Source of the DNA: a virus
Taxonomy: Duplodnaviria; Caudoviricetes
IMG/VR virus record: IMGVR_UViG_3300046787_000804
Span: 1-57,432 of that record
DNA: 57,432 bases
Strand: one strand, 5' to 3'
This document shows, piece after piece, positions 49,501-57,432 of this stretch. A program made the translations under genes and the position numbers. Positions within the stretch are counted from its first letter, which is position 1; the number at the start of each line of letters is the position of its first letter. Below the pieces are notes generated by a model. The model did not search any database. It was given only the letters and a program-made list of their open reading frames with translations, and was not told where the DNA came from.

Positions 49501-49933
49501 CACTCATTCCGACGACGAGGAAATCGATCCAGATGGACTTGATCAGGCAACACGTATGAAGATTGAGGATCAGGCCATCTCCCTGATCATTTCGCTCGAA
49601 TCATCACTGCAACGCACGCCGGACGGCAACCCCGGTTTTGATCTCTTTGAAGCCAACCGCAATGGACAGGCTGTTCGATGGGTCGAGGTCAAGTCGATGA
49701 CGGGCAGTTTGGCTACTCGCCCCGTGGGGATATCACGCGCGCAGTTCGATTTTGCTCGCACGAAAGGGGACGCCTTCTGGCTTTACATCGTCGAGCACGC
49801 GACTTCCCCTGAAAAGGCTCGGGTGCTCAGGATTCGGAACCCCGTCGCCCATGCACGTACGTTCACTTTCGATAACGGTTGGAGCCAAATCGCCCAAACG
49901 GAACCACCAGAATCGTCTCAACCGAAAGCTTGA
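46568..49933 (+). CDS. Sacsin-N/GHKL-like ATPase with C-terminal DUF3883 (NOV-C) nuclease-like domain
   Basis: FELLQNAEDA, IGRFGIGFKSVY; C-terminal NPGFDL...WVEVK...FWLYIVE. Confidence 0.8.
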   Translation: MPDREGAMVASNYEAICEENQRRYGTDIGRIGPMLLADRYDDRTHFIFELLQNAEDALSRRGDASGPRKVTFELAPTRLSLSHFGRPFDEADVRGVCGIAESTKDKFSIGRFGIGFKSVYTFTDCPEIHSGEEDFAIKDYVQPRRAARTEREAGETQIVLPLKAGDDTAQEEITAGFRHLGPGALLFLRHIEEINWSVKGGASGFYLRNSPEAFGNNVHRITVIGQESGKTEVDQNWLVFHREMFSDTQDAVGRVEIAFSLVAVKDQPGRWVVQPVASSPLVVFFPTVVQTNLGFLVQGPYRTTPSRDNIPRGEPWNQHLVKETSSLLVDALRWLRDNAMLDTSALRCLPLDRDKFPADAMFAPIFEGVRQALLSEPLLPRFDGGFVPASQAKLARTQELRDLLNPGQIEAVFGSKASAWLTGAITPDRQPEIRSYLMQELNVVEVTPATLVPRLTKSFLEAQSDDWVGRLYEFLNGQEAALRRSLDKIPLVRLEDGTHVVARENGVAKAFLPSAIKTGFPTIRPAVCASEDAENFLRALGITAPDQVDDVVLNLLPKYRQETVSVNEKDYAADIERIRKAFNTDSKTQRERLIAALRTTPFVMVVDASDGKGYIAKPGEIYLATDRLKQLFAGVPDVLIVDDTYDCLRGESLRELLEACGAVRYPRPEEDPHALTRDERAELRRQTGHVETSGINDRVVDWVLQGFSELIAMLPKLAPEKRAERARLIWESLGDLEERRGRGIFEGSYSWSHYGDRRTPPFPAAFLRQLNKEAWVPDVNGDLVSPNLLVFDTLDWKPNLFLLSKLAFKPPIIDQLAKEAGIDPAALDLLRKLGITSVADLTSRLGITGGSPEDETSTEDAPSDDVLVEDDADDAKPTGEDVYDDAKELYGEGMPDIPQGTHDPDGGDGITTGSGRSGHGGTGTGTPRGGGQGNGGVRGGGSGGHTDGGGKSNEASSGRHGQRTPGSAGGRPFISYLGTHSDDEEIDPDGLDQATRMKIEDQAISLIISLESSLQRTPDGNPGFDLFEANRNGQAVRWVEVKSMTGSLATRPVGISRAQFDFARTKGDAFWLYIVEHATSPEKARVLRIRNPVAHARTFTFDNGWSQIAQTEPPESSQPKA

Positions 49934-49936
49934 TCC

Positions 49937-50626
49937 ATGTCCTCACTTAAATCCATGCCAGAAATTTCGCTGGGACACCCTGCACTCAAGCAGCGTCACC
50001 GCTTGGTGCGCGACGGCCATCCGACCAATTTGAGCCTGCGCATTCACAGAGCATTGAGCTGGCTCAATCGCGCCGAGCAGTCGGAGGACATGGATGGAAA
50101 ATTTATCTTCCTGTGGATTGCTTTCAATGCTGCCTATGCGCAGGAACTCGACGACAGCGATCGCACGTCTGACAAAGCCACCTTTACGGCTTTTCTTCAA
50201 AAGCTTTGTGACCTCGATACCAATAAGCATATCGATGGCCTGATCTGGAAAGAGTTCTCCGGCAGCATCCGTACGTTGCTCGACAACCCCTACGTTTTCC
50301 ATTTTTTCTGGGAATTCCAGCGTGGTCGGATCGGTGAGGTCGAATGGAAAGAGCGGTTCGCCAGTGCGAAGAAATCGGCACAGGTTGCCCTGACCAGCGG
50401 CAATACCCCCATGCTGCTTTCGGTCATGTTCAACCGCCTCTACACGCTACGCAATCAGTTGTTCCACGGTGGTGCGACCTGGGATGGAAAAGTCAATCGA
50501 GAACAGTTGCGTGATTGCACTCGTCTGCTGGGCAAACTCGTTCCCCTGATCATTGTGCTGATGATGGACAACCCAAACGCGCTGTGGGGTGACGCTGTCT
50601 ATCCCGTCGTCGATCAGAATACCTAA
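49937..50626 (+). CDS. HEPN domain protein
   Basis: FIFLWIAFNAAY and LRNQLFHGG (Rx4H) motifs. Confidence 0.8.
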   Translation: MSSLKSMPEISLGHPALKQRHRLVRDGHPTNLSLRIHRALSWLNRAEQSEDMDGKFIFLWIAFNAAYAQELDDSDRTSDKATFTAFLQKLCDLDTNKHIDGLIWKEFSGSIRTLLDNPYVFHFFWEFQRGRIGEVEWKERFASAKKSAQVALTSGNTPMLLSVMFNRLYTLRNQLFHGGATWDGKVNREQLRDCTRLLGKLVPLIIVLMMDNPNALWGDAVYPVVDQNT

Positions 50627-50705
50627 CTGGGATATTTTCATCTTTGGGCTTCGATTGCCCGGCATGCCCTTGATGTGCCCCATGCTGTTTATGTACAAGG
50701 TTGCG

Positions 50706-50785
50706 GCGAAATTAGCGAAATTAGCGAAATTAGTGTGCTGACAAGCACTTACGACCGATTCATCTCCGCGAAATTAGCGAAAAAA
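50706..50785. repeat. GCGAAATTA iteron-like repeats
   Basis: Three tandem copies at 50706-50732, a fourth at 50768-50776 and a partial fifth. Confidence 0.75.
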
Positions 50786-50794
50786 TCCCCCGCC

Positions 50795-52192
50795 TTACTC
50801 TGTGGCCAGTCGGTACACCCGCTGTGGCGCACCCGGTGCACCGTCGGCGCGTTCACCCCACTGCACTGTGATCTTGGGTGGCGAACTGGCCAGCAGGTGC
50901 TCAAGGCTGGCATCAATCCGTGCCTTTGGCACCTTACCCCGGAAACATTCCGAGCTGATTTGGCTGCGTGTGGCCTGCCCGTGCCCGTGCTCGTGCAGGA
51001 AGGTCAACACACGGTTTGCCAGTTCCTGCACTTGCGTCAGTTTTGTATCTTCAGCGGCGCTGCTGAACACGAAGCGCACAGACGCCGTTGCGTGCTGAAT
51101 CCAAGCCATCGCGGCGTCGATGTGCGGGACATCAATGCGGGTTTGCAGGTCAGTCAGTGCCATCAGCATGGCCAGCCGGAGCAGCATAGGCGCGCGACGC
51201 TCCAACATTGCACCAATTGCACCATCGTCGACGCCATCGTGCAGTTCACCCCGGTAGAGCTGGGCGTAGCGCCACTGCGCCTGCGGCGTCAGTTCCATCT
51301 TCAGGTGTTCACGTTCGTCGTGCCGGGCAGCGCGGACGAAGGCCAGCACCTCCAGCGTTCGACTCGCCAGATGCTCGACCACCGCTTGCGGCGTTTCCTT
51401 CGGAAACGGCAACATCCGCGACCGCTCGGCCCAGATCATGAGAAACCGGTTGGCAAAACCGTTGCTCATTTCGCGGGCGCTCATCAAGCCCCTCAGTTCG
51501 CTGGGCGAGATCGCACCGCTCAGGCAGACATGCGGATCGCTGGCGTAGACCCGGTTGGATTTCGTGGCAGGTTTCAGGTCGATACCGTCCCAGCAATCAC
51601 GCAGCGCCGCCGACAGTGTGTTGCCATCGCGCCGTCCCTGATGCAGCACGTTAGCGAATTCGGATTCAACCACCCACAGTCGCTTGTCCTCAATGGCGGG
51701 GACGTCATGCCGACCTTGCCGGTAGCCGTCGTGGATCAGCGCCGCCAGACCTTCGCGCGTGGACAATCCGCCTCGGTGGACTTGAGGCGCGAACACATCA
51801 TCGGTTGCCCGCAAAGCCGCGTCGATGCGTAGCACCAGCGACACCGCGTCGCCCTTGCGCCCACGACCGGAACGCCCGATGTGCAGGCAGAATAACCGAG
51901 TGTGGTGCCGGGTGTTGCCGATGGGCAGGTACACGCCACGCCCGACCGCGCAAGACAGATACGCCATGAAGTTCGCCGCTATGGCGTGGGCATTCGTCTC
52001 TGTCCCTTCACTGCCCGCTCGGGCCACATCGCCAACCAGGCCATACAGGCAGATGGGGTCAGGTTGTGGTGCATTGCGATGGGTGTGGGGTGAATCGTCA
52101 TCCATCTGCTCGTCACCGGAAGATGAGTTGACTTTGGCTCCGTCAAGTAGACCTTGCGCTGTCGGTGGGGGCAAAAAATCGCTGCTGTGCAT
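50795..52192 (-). CDS. DUF3987/YfjI-like replication-associated protein
   Basis: GRSGRGRKG P-loop-like motif, STREGL, ESEF, NGFANRF; C-terminal winged helix. Confidence 0.7.
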   Translation of the reverse strand: MHSSDFLPPPTAQGLLDGAKVNSSSGDEQMDDDSPHTHRNAPQPDPICLYGLVGDVARAGSEGTETNAHAIAANFMAYLSCAVGRGVYLPIGNTRHHTRLFCLHIGRSGRGRKGDAVSLVLRIDAALRATDDVFAPQVHRGGLSTREGLAALIHDGYRQGRHDVPAIEDKRLWVVESEFANVLHQGRRDGNTLSAALRDCWDGIDLKPATKSNRVYASDPHVCLSGAISPSELRGLMSAREMSNGFANRFLMIWAERSRMLPFPKETPQAVVEHLASRTLEVLAFVRAARHDEREHLKMELTPQAQWRYAQLYRGELHDGVDDGAIGAMLERRAPMLLRLAMLMALTDLQTRIDVPHIDAAMAWIQHATASVRFVFSSAAEDTKLTQVQELANRVLTFLHEHGHGQATRSQISSECFRGKVPKARIDASLEHLLASSPPKITVQWGERADGAPGAPQRVYRLATE

Positions 52193-52196
52193 TCAT

Positions 52197-53078
52197 CTAT
52201 GCGTCGAGTGATTCGCATTCCACGATGAATTTGAACTCCGTCAGAATCTCTGGGTAGTGCTGTTGCAAGTACCGCTCAATCTCGGCGTTTTCCAGCCATT
52301 TGGCTAGGAGCTTGCTGGCCAGCAGTAAATTGAAAACATCCTGGCTGAAGGTTTGTTCCGCAAGTTTGTATTGCTCTTGCAGATTGCTCATCTCGCGCTC
52401 CATGTTGGCCATCTGTGTCGGACTCACACCGGCGACTTTTTTGGCGACGACCGCATCCACCAGCTGGTTCGGAGGTGTCGCCGCATACAGTGCATTGGCA
52501 TAGGCCAGGGTGACACAGTTGGCGTCCACCATCAATTCAACGCACTCGACTTGGCGCATCGGCTTCATTCTTTTCAAAATGGTGCCAAGGTCGGCTGCAA
52601 ATTGCTGATCTTTCAGGAGTGCCACGGCCTCTGCGCAGATGCCGTCGAGCAGATTGAGCTTGCGGGTGATGGTGGAGACGTCCAGGTCCAGTGCATCGGC
52701 CAGACGTTGCGCCGTGACGCCTTTTTCAACTGCCCTGCGAAGCATCACATGTTCTTGAATGGATGACAGCCGATTGATCCGGGTGTTGTAGGTGTAGCTT
52801 TCGTCATCCGTGGACTCCAGACACAACGCTTCGGTGTGCTCCAGCGATCGGAGTGCCAGCAACCGCAGATGACCGTCAAGCAGGATGCGGTGCCCCGTCT
52901 TCTTATCCGCAGGCCCGACCGTCAATGGCTCGATGAGTCCGACTGCCTTGATGGAGGCTTGGATTTGCATGAATTTTCGGGTGGTCAATATTCTGGAAAG
53001 CGCTTTGCGTGACGGCAGAATCAGGTCCAGAGGAATGGAGAGCGGATTGAGCAGGAAGGCAAGGGACAGTTGCGCCAT
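52197..53078 (-). CDS. ParB/RepB-like protein with RepB C-terminal domain
   Basis: SIKAVGLIEPL, LLDGHLRL, DDESYTYN. Confidence 0.8.
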   Translation of the reverse strand: MAQLSLAFLLNPLSIPLDLILPSRKALSRILTTRKFMQIQASIKAVGLIEPLTVGPADKKTGHRILLDGHLRLLALRSLEHTEALCLESTDDESYTYNTRINRLSSIQEHVMLRRAVEKGVTAQRLADALDLDVSTITRKLNLLDGICAEAVALLKDQQFAADLGTILKRMKPMRQVECVELMVDANCVTLAYANALYAATPPNQLVDAVVAKKVAGVSPTQMANMEREMSNLQEQYKLAEQTFSQDVFNLLLASKLLAKWLENAEIERYLQQHYPEILTEFKFIVECESLDA

Positions 53079-53079
53079 T

Positions 53080-53976
53080 TCATGCTCCTTTCGGCCATAC
53101 ACGTTCGGCCAGGTACGTTGGCAAGGTGTCCAATCCCTCCGCCCGAAGCAGGGTTGTGAAGTGTTCATTCACCAGGAGTTGTCCCAAGGCGCCGATCACG
53201 AACAAGAGGCGTTGCTGGGCAGCCCCCGCTTTTTTGACCATCAGCTTTTGGCGATCTACTTCCTTCTGATAAGTTCTGACCAGGCTTGATGCCGTGATGT
53301 CCACCGCCACACGCTGTGTGCCTCGACCCAATGCGCGCCCAAAGGTCTGGCGCTTTTCGATGACTCGACGGGCTTGGATCAACTGCTTTCCACGCAGCAA
53401 TCCGGACTCGTAGGCTTCTTGCAGTGCGGCCTGCACCGCCTCATTGTTGTTGCCAGCGCCCACAATGGCCAAAGCCGCATTCAGCGGTATACGGCCGCTC
53501 TCTACCGCCACCATCAGGCGCTCCTCTCCATTCTTGATGAGGAGCATGATCCCCTGCACGTAGTCAACGCTCAGGCCGGTTTTCTTGGCGATGGTTCTCT
53601 TGTCATAACCCTTGGCCACCAGTTGCTGGATGCCCGCCAGCAGTTCGAGGGGGCTGGACTTGCGACGGGCGATGTTTTCCACCATGCTCATGATGAAGGC
53701 GTCTTCATCACTGACATCCACCACCAGTGCTGCAATGGCGGTCTCGCTCAGGGCCATGAACGCTTTGAGTCTGCCCTCTCCACAAACGAGTACGTATTTT
53801 TCAGCGCCATTGTCCCCAGGGCGTGGGGTCACGGTGATGGGTTTTTTGAGTCCGACGGATTTGATGTTCTCGACAATACCCTCGAAAACCTGCTTATTGC
53901 GTTCACGCGGATTGAGCACCTCGATCCGGTCGACAGGGATCATGCGCAGATCGCCCACAGGCTGCTTTTTGGTCAT
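53080..53976 (-). CDS. ParB/RepB/Spo0J-like protein
   Basis: NPRER, GLKKPITV, LVCGEGRL, ENIAR. Confidence 0.85.
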   Translation of the reverse strand: MTKKQPVGDLRMIPVDRIEVLNPRERNKQVFEGIVENIKSVGLKKPITVTPRPGDNGAEKYVLVCGEGRLKAFMALSETAIAALVVDVSDEDAFIMSMVENIARRKSSPLELLAGIQQLVAKGYDKRTIAKKTGLSVDYVQGIMLLIKNGEERLMVAVESGRIPLNAALAIVGAGNNNEAVQAALQEAYESGLLRGKQLIQARRVIEKRQTFGRALGRGTQRVAVDITASSLVRTYQKEVDRQKLMVKKAGAAQQRLLFVIGALGQLLVNEHFTTLLRAEGLDTLPTYLAERVWPKGA

Positions 53977-55547
53977 GCTGCCCTCCGCAGGCGTGTGCGC
54001 TGGGCCATGCCATAGAAATATTCCAAGGTGTCAAAACGGTAGCTTTCAATTTCGATGGCATTGTGATCGGCCAGACTGATGCGCGGCTGCCCGAAATCCA
54101 GGCGAGGAAGAAGGTAGTAGTCCATGGGCGCATCGTTGGTATGGTTCAGCCGCACGGCCACCGTGATGTCAGGCGCCAGGCTGGTGTCAAAGCGCACCTT
54201 CCAGCGGTTGCGCCCGTTGTCATGGGTTTGGCAGCGCGCCAGCACCAGGGACGCTGTGAATTCCCTGTTGACCAGTAGCAGGTCTGTGGCGGGATCTCTT
54301 TCAATAGTGCCACCCAACTCGCCGATGGCTTGTTCTGTCTGCGCGACGATTTGTGGGTGTAGTCGTCGCAGGAACTGATTGGCTTCCAGGTACCGGTAAT
54401 CCCGATCGGGTGTGAACCCCACTGTCTGGTAGGCGCGAATCAGGCTTCCGAATTTGTGGATGTAGGCCGAGGAGGAGGGCATTCCCTCGGTTTCGTCAAT
54501 GATCAGTCCCGACAGATACCCCCGGTGTTCATAGAGATTGCGCAGCTTTTCGATCAACTCTTCCATGCTGTAGCGGTGCGTGCGTCCGCGAATGATCCCT
54601 TGTGCCATGTAGAACGTTTCTGGCGGCACGATGGCTGCGAAGGCACCTTCCTTTCTGACCCACTTGTCCGGCTGATTGACGGTGCGCAGCATCTTGAGCT
54701 TGAACGAGACGCGGTTGAACACGTTGTTGCCGATGTACTTTTCGTTGGTCAACACCTCGTGTACCGTGGCACGTGTCCAGTTGCGACCCAGGTCGCTGCA
54801 GATGCCTTGCTCGTTGAGACGGGCTGCAATTTCAGACTCGGACAAACCATCCTCTGTGAACCAGCGATAGATCTGGAGCACGTTTTGAACCTCGACGTCA
54901 GGCCCCGGCATCAAGATGACACGGTCGGTTTGTAGGCTTTTGTGCTCCCCGCGCGCCAGTTCTGCCTTCACAGATCCAGACTGGTCCAGTAGCACGCGCC
55001 GCAGTCCATAACCGGCAGGGCCGCCCTGGCGGTAGCCCAGTTCGATGAGTCGACACTGACCGGCAAACACCTTGACCGAGAGTTCCCGGCTGTATTCACC
55101 GGCCATGGCGCGCTTGACGCCTTTGACGATCGTGGAAACCGGGGACCCGTCGTTGTCGAATTGTTCAGCGACGTACCGGACGTGAACGCCTTTGCGCTTG
55201 AGAAGGTGTTCGTAGTACGCCGCTTCGTCAGGGTCCTGAAACCGTCCCCAGCGGCTGACGTCGTACACCAAGACTAATTTGAAGTCGATGGCCCCGGCGT
55301 CCACGTCTCCGAGTAGCTGCTGCAGGGATTTGCGCCCGCCGATGTTCAGACCGCTTTTGCCATCATCGGCGTAGGTGCGAACAATTTCAATGCCTTGAAC
55401 GCGGGCGTACTCGCGGATTTTGTCGGCCTGGTTTTCGGTGGAGTACTGCTGGTGCTCCGTTGACATGCGCACGTATTCAGCGGCGCGAATGCGTTTGGAC
55501 GGTTCTGGCTGATCTTCTGTGACCTCATTGTTTTGCATAGCACCCAA
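53973..55547 (-). CDS. Large serine recombinase
   Basis: AEYVRMSTEHQ catalytic Ser, YDVSRWGR, recombinase domain (LTNEKYIG). Confidence 0.9.
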   Translation of the reverse strand: MGAMQNNEVTEDQPEPSKRIRAAEYVRMSTEHQQYSTENQADKIREYARVQGIEIVRTYADDGKSGLNIGGRKSLQQLLGDVDAGAIDFKLVLVYDVSRWGRFQDPDEAAYYEHLLKRKGVHVRYVAEQFDNDGSPVSTIVKGVKRAMAGEYSRELSVKVFAGQCRLIELGYRQGGPAGYGLRRVLLDQSGSVKAELARGEHKSLQTDRVILMPGPDVEVQNVLQIYRWFTEDGLSESEIAARLNEQGICSDLGRNWTRATVHEVLTNEKYIGNNVFNRVSFKLKMLRTVNQPDKWVRKEGAFAAIVPPETFYMAQGIIRGRTHRYSMEELIEKLRNLYEHRGYLSGLIIDETEGMPSSSAYIHKFGSLIRAYQTVGFTPDRDYRYLEANQFLRRLHPQIVAQTEQAIGELGGTIERDPATDLLLVNREFTASLVLARCQTHDNGRNRWKVRFDTSLAPDITVAVRLNHTNDAPMDYYLLPRLDFGQPRISLADHNAIEIESYRFDTLEYFYGMAQRTRLRRAA

Positions 55548-55698
55548 TCGTTCAACGTTTGTAATGGGGGCTCTCGAGCCTGCGTTTCACTACGCCGCAA
55601 GCCATGGTGCTGACGGTTGTCAGCGCCGACGTACCGGTGAAGCGGTTGCCATGCAGGTGTTCGGGAGCCTATTTGGACGCAACGGTAATGCCAGCGGG

Positions 55699-56118
55699 TC
55701 AATTCGTCGAACGAGTTATATCTTTGCACTCGTTCTCTTTGCACGGGCACTCCGTGCATACGAGGGAGATTTCAGCAATCCACTCGTCGCTCTTAGCAGC
55801 GCCCAAGTTGGGGATGAACTGGATTCGGTACAACCCAGACAGCGGAGCCGAAATTATTTCGGAATTGGTGAGCTGCTTTTTTCTGGCATCTTTTCCGTTA
55901 CTCCGGTAGTTGCGCCAATAATCCGGATTGCGATCCAGCCAAGCTCTTTGGGCGCGGGCTTTGTTGTCGAGGTATACCTCTCCGGTGCGTGGCCGGGTTT
56001 GCCGCCAGCGTTTGCGCCGTTCTGCCTGGCAGGTCGGTGTGGAGCAGTAGGTTTGTTTTTTGACCCGTGGGTCAGGCTGGAAGGACTGGCCGCAGCAGGC
56101 GCAGACTATTGGGTGCAT
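55699..56118 (-). CDS. Hypothetical Zn-finger protein
   Basis: CACCGQSF...YCSTPTCQ then basic region; GGAG RBS. Confidence 0.55.
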   Translation of the reverse strand: MHPIVCACCGQSFQPDPRVKKQTYCSTPTCQAERRKRWRQTRPRTGEVYLDNKARAQRAWLDRNPDYWRNYRSNGKDARKKQLTNSEIISAPLSGLYRIQFIPNLGAAKSDEWIAEISLVCTECPCKENECKDITRSTN

Positions 56119-56207
56119 CAGATTTCTCCATACGAAATTCGTATGGGAACCGCCAAATTACTTGATGCTGGGCGCGGTGGCGCCTTTCGTTGCCGTGGAT
56201 GTTGTGC

Positions 56208-56372
56208 TCAGCGCAAGGCGTTGAGCATTTTTTCGGCTTCTGGCCAGGGCAAACGGCGCTTGCCAAGCTTCATTCTGTCGAGGGCCTTGAAGGCGTCGTC
56301 GACCGTCAGCAACTGGTTTTCAATCATGGCGCACAACAGCCCAATGGTGCCCATGACGTTGACCTGCTTCTC
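56208..56372 (-). pseudogene. C-terminal remnant of a DUF3368/PIN-like gene
   Basis: EKQVNVMGTIGLLCAMIENQLLTVDDAFKALDRMKLGKRRLPW; upstream part of the frame is interrupted by a stop. Confidence 0.4.
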
Positions 56373-56731
56373 GACTTTTTGCCACCAGAGGCAATCAAGT
56401 CAGCAGTGGTTTTCACTGGCAGCGCAGAGTTCAAGACCGATATGCCCTCCGGCGTTTACACGCTTTCAGGACTCATTGATCACCTGAAGTCAGCCACTGA
56501 AGAAGTCATGTCCCTGAATCGAGTTCATTTCTGCGTCGGTCGTTTGGAGACAGCTCGACTTGCCATTACCGGGCAGACGGATGTCGAGCATGTGAAAAGC
56601 TTGCAACGCAAGCATGGTCGTCCGAGGTAGTCCCCTCATTTCCGCACAAACAAGTTACGCCCACAGGCTTGATCCCTAGGATTTGACGTGAACTTGAGAG
56701 ACGGCTCTCAAGAAGCTTTCAGGGGATTCGT

Positions 56732-56995
56732 ATGGAAAAACTGGTGCTCGATGAGCACGATCTGTCTGCGCGTTGGGGTGTGAATGTCAAAACGCTAAAG
56801 CGTTGGCGAAACGAAGGGCGCGGACCGCGTTACATAAAAATTGGAAGATCCGTCACCTATCTTCCGAAAGACATTGAACACTTCGAGACCCATGCTCTAT
56901 ACATAAAGGGCAGTAGTGCTGGCGCTGTTGAGCCTTTGTCGCTGGGCACGACTACCCCAGTGCATAGCCGCGCGGTGATTCCGGCTGGTCCTTAG
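56732..56995 (+). CDS. AlpA/excisionase-like HTH protein
   Basis: LDEHDLSARWGVNVKTLKRWRNEGRGPRYIKIGRSVTY. Confidence 0.8.
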   Translation: MEKLVLDEHDLSARWGVNVKTLKRWRNEGRGPRYIKIGRSVTYLPKDIEHFETHALYIKGSSAGAVEPLSLGTTTPVHSRAVIPAGP

Positions 56996-57315
56996 TCTCC
57001 CCAGCAAGAAATCGTTGACTTGATGGCCACAGCGTTGTTGCGTTTGCGCGCAGCTGGACCGCCACCCAGTCATCCATCACAAACTCCCACTGTCAATGAA
57101 GTTGGCAGAGAGGTGCTTGAACGTCGTCGGTTTGGCGTGCGTGTGTTGAGCCGAATGACGGATGAGGGTTGACGGGGGAAAACCGAGGCGTGTGCGTAAA
57201 TGAGGGTAGTGGCTACCAAGCGCCACGAACCTCTCATGAGCTGCAAACTGAGCTACTGACCTCACATGAGTGCGGGATGAGGGTTCGTGGTGATGGGGAA
57301 CTTGACCACCAATTT

Positions 57316-57355
57316 AAACCCTAGCAATAGAAATGTTGCTAGGGTTTTCTGTTTT
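57316..57355 (+). terminator. Rho-independent terminator
   Basis: AAACCCTAGCAATA-GAAA-TGTTGCTAGGGTTT stem-loop followed by TCTGTTTT. Confidence 0.7.
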
Positions 57356-57432
57356 AAGACTACGGTTGAGGACTTGTTCTAATGAATGAGTCCAATACTC
57401 AAACCATACAGGCAAAGCACCTCCGCAGGTTG

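Larger units (their letters stand above)
50700..57000. mobile_element. Serine-recombinase integrative module adjoining the defence island
   Basis: Recombinase + two ParB-like genes + DUF3987 gene + iteron-like repeats + AlpA-like HTH; boundaries not resolved. Confidence 0.55.

Noticed and set aside
50675-51832. 385-aa plus-strand ORF
   Set aside because: Antisense shadow of the DUF3987 gene.
55519-56487. 322-aa plus-strand ORF
   Set aside because: No recognisable motifs; overlaps a better-supported minus-strand Zn-finger gene and the PIN remnant.
57240-57312. Intact tRNA gene near the window end
   Set aside because: GGTTCG and CCACCA are present, but the spacing and stems do not form a cloverleaf.

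Overview
The left 35 kb (1-34934) is the replication-to-lysis part of a lambda-like siphovirus prophage; the host is probably a betaproteobacterium (inferred from gene families). It carries a Sak4-like ATPase, SSB, exonuclease and P4/D5 primase, a cos-like site, a ParB-methyltransferase, gpA-type terminase, portal, S49 protease, gpD/gpE head genes, a tail module and holin/endolysin/Rz-Rz1. The standout feature sits inside the tail operon and is translationally coupled to it. A long Ala/Ser/Thr-rich fibre gene (broken by a small deletion) is followed by a fibre-like protein with an Asn-Cys-rich C-terminus, an Ig-like protein, three 2OG-Fe(II) oxygenases, a small ORF and a radical SAM/SPASM enzyme (25509-30283). 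This looks like a RiPP-like system that post-translationally modifies a virion tail protein. The right 22 kb is a defence island: HTH-IrrE peptidase-PIN, sce7726 + beta protein, HTH-UvrD/nuclease-Type III Mod-Res, and sacsin-like ATPase/DUF3883 + HEPN. It adjoins a mobility module (large serine recombinase, two ParB/RepB-like genes, a DUF3987 gene with iteron-like repeats, an AlpA-like HTH). All family calls come from reading motifs by eye; no database searches were run.
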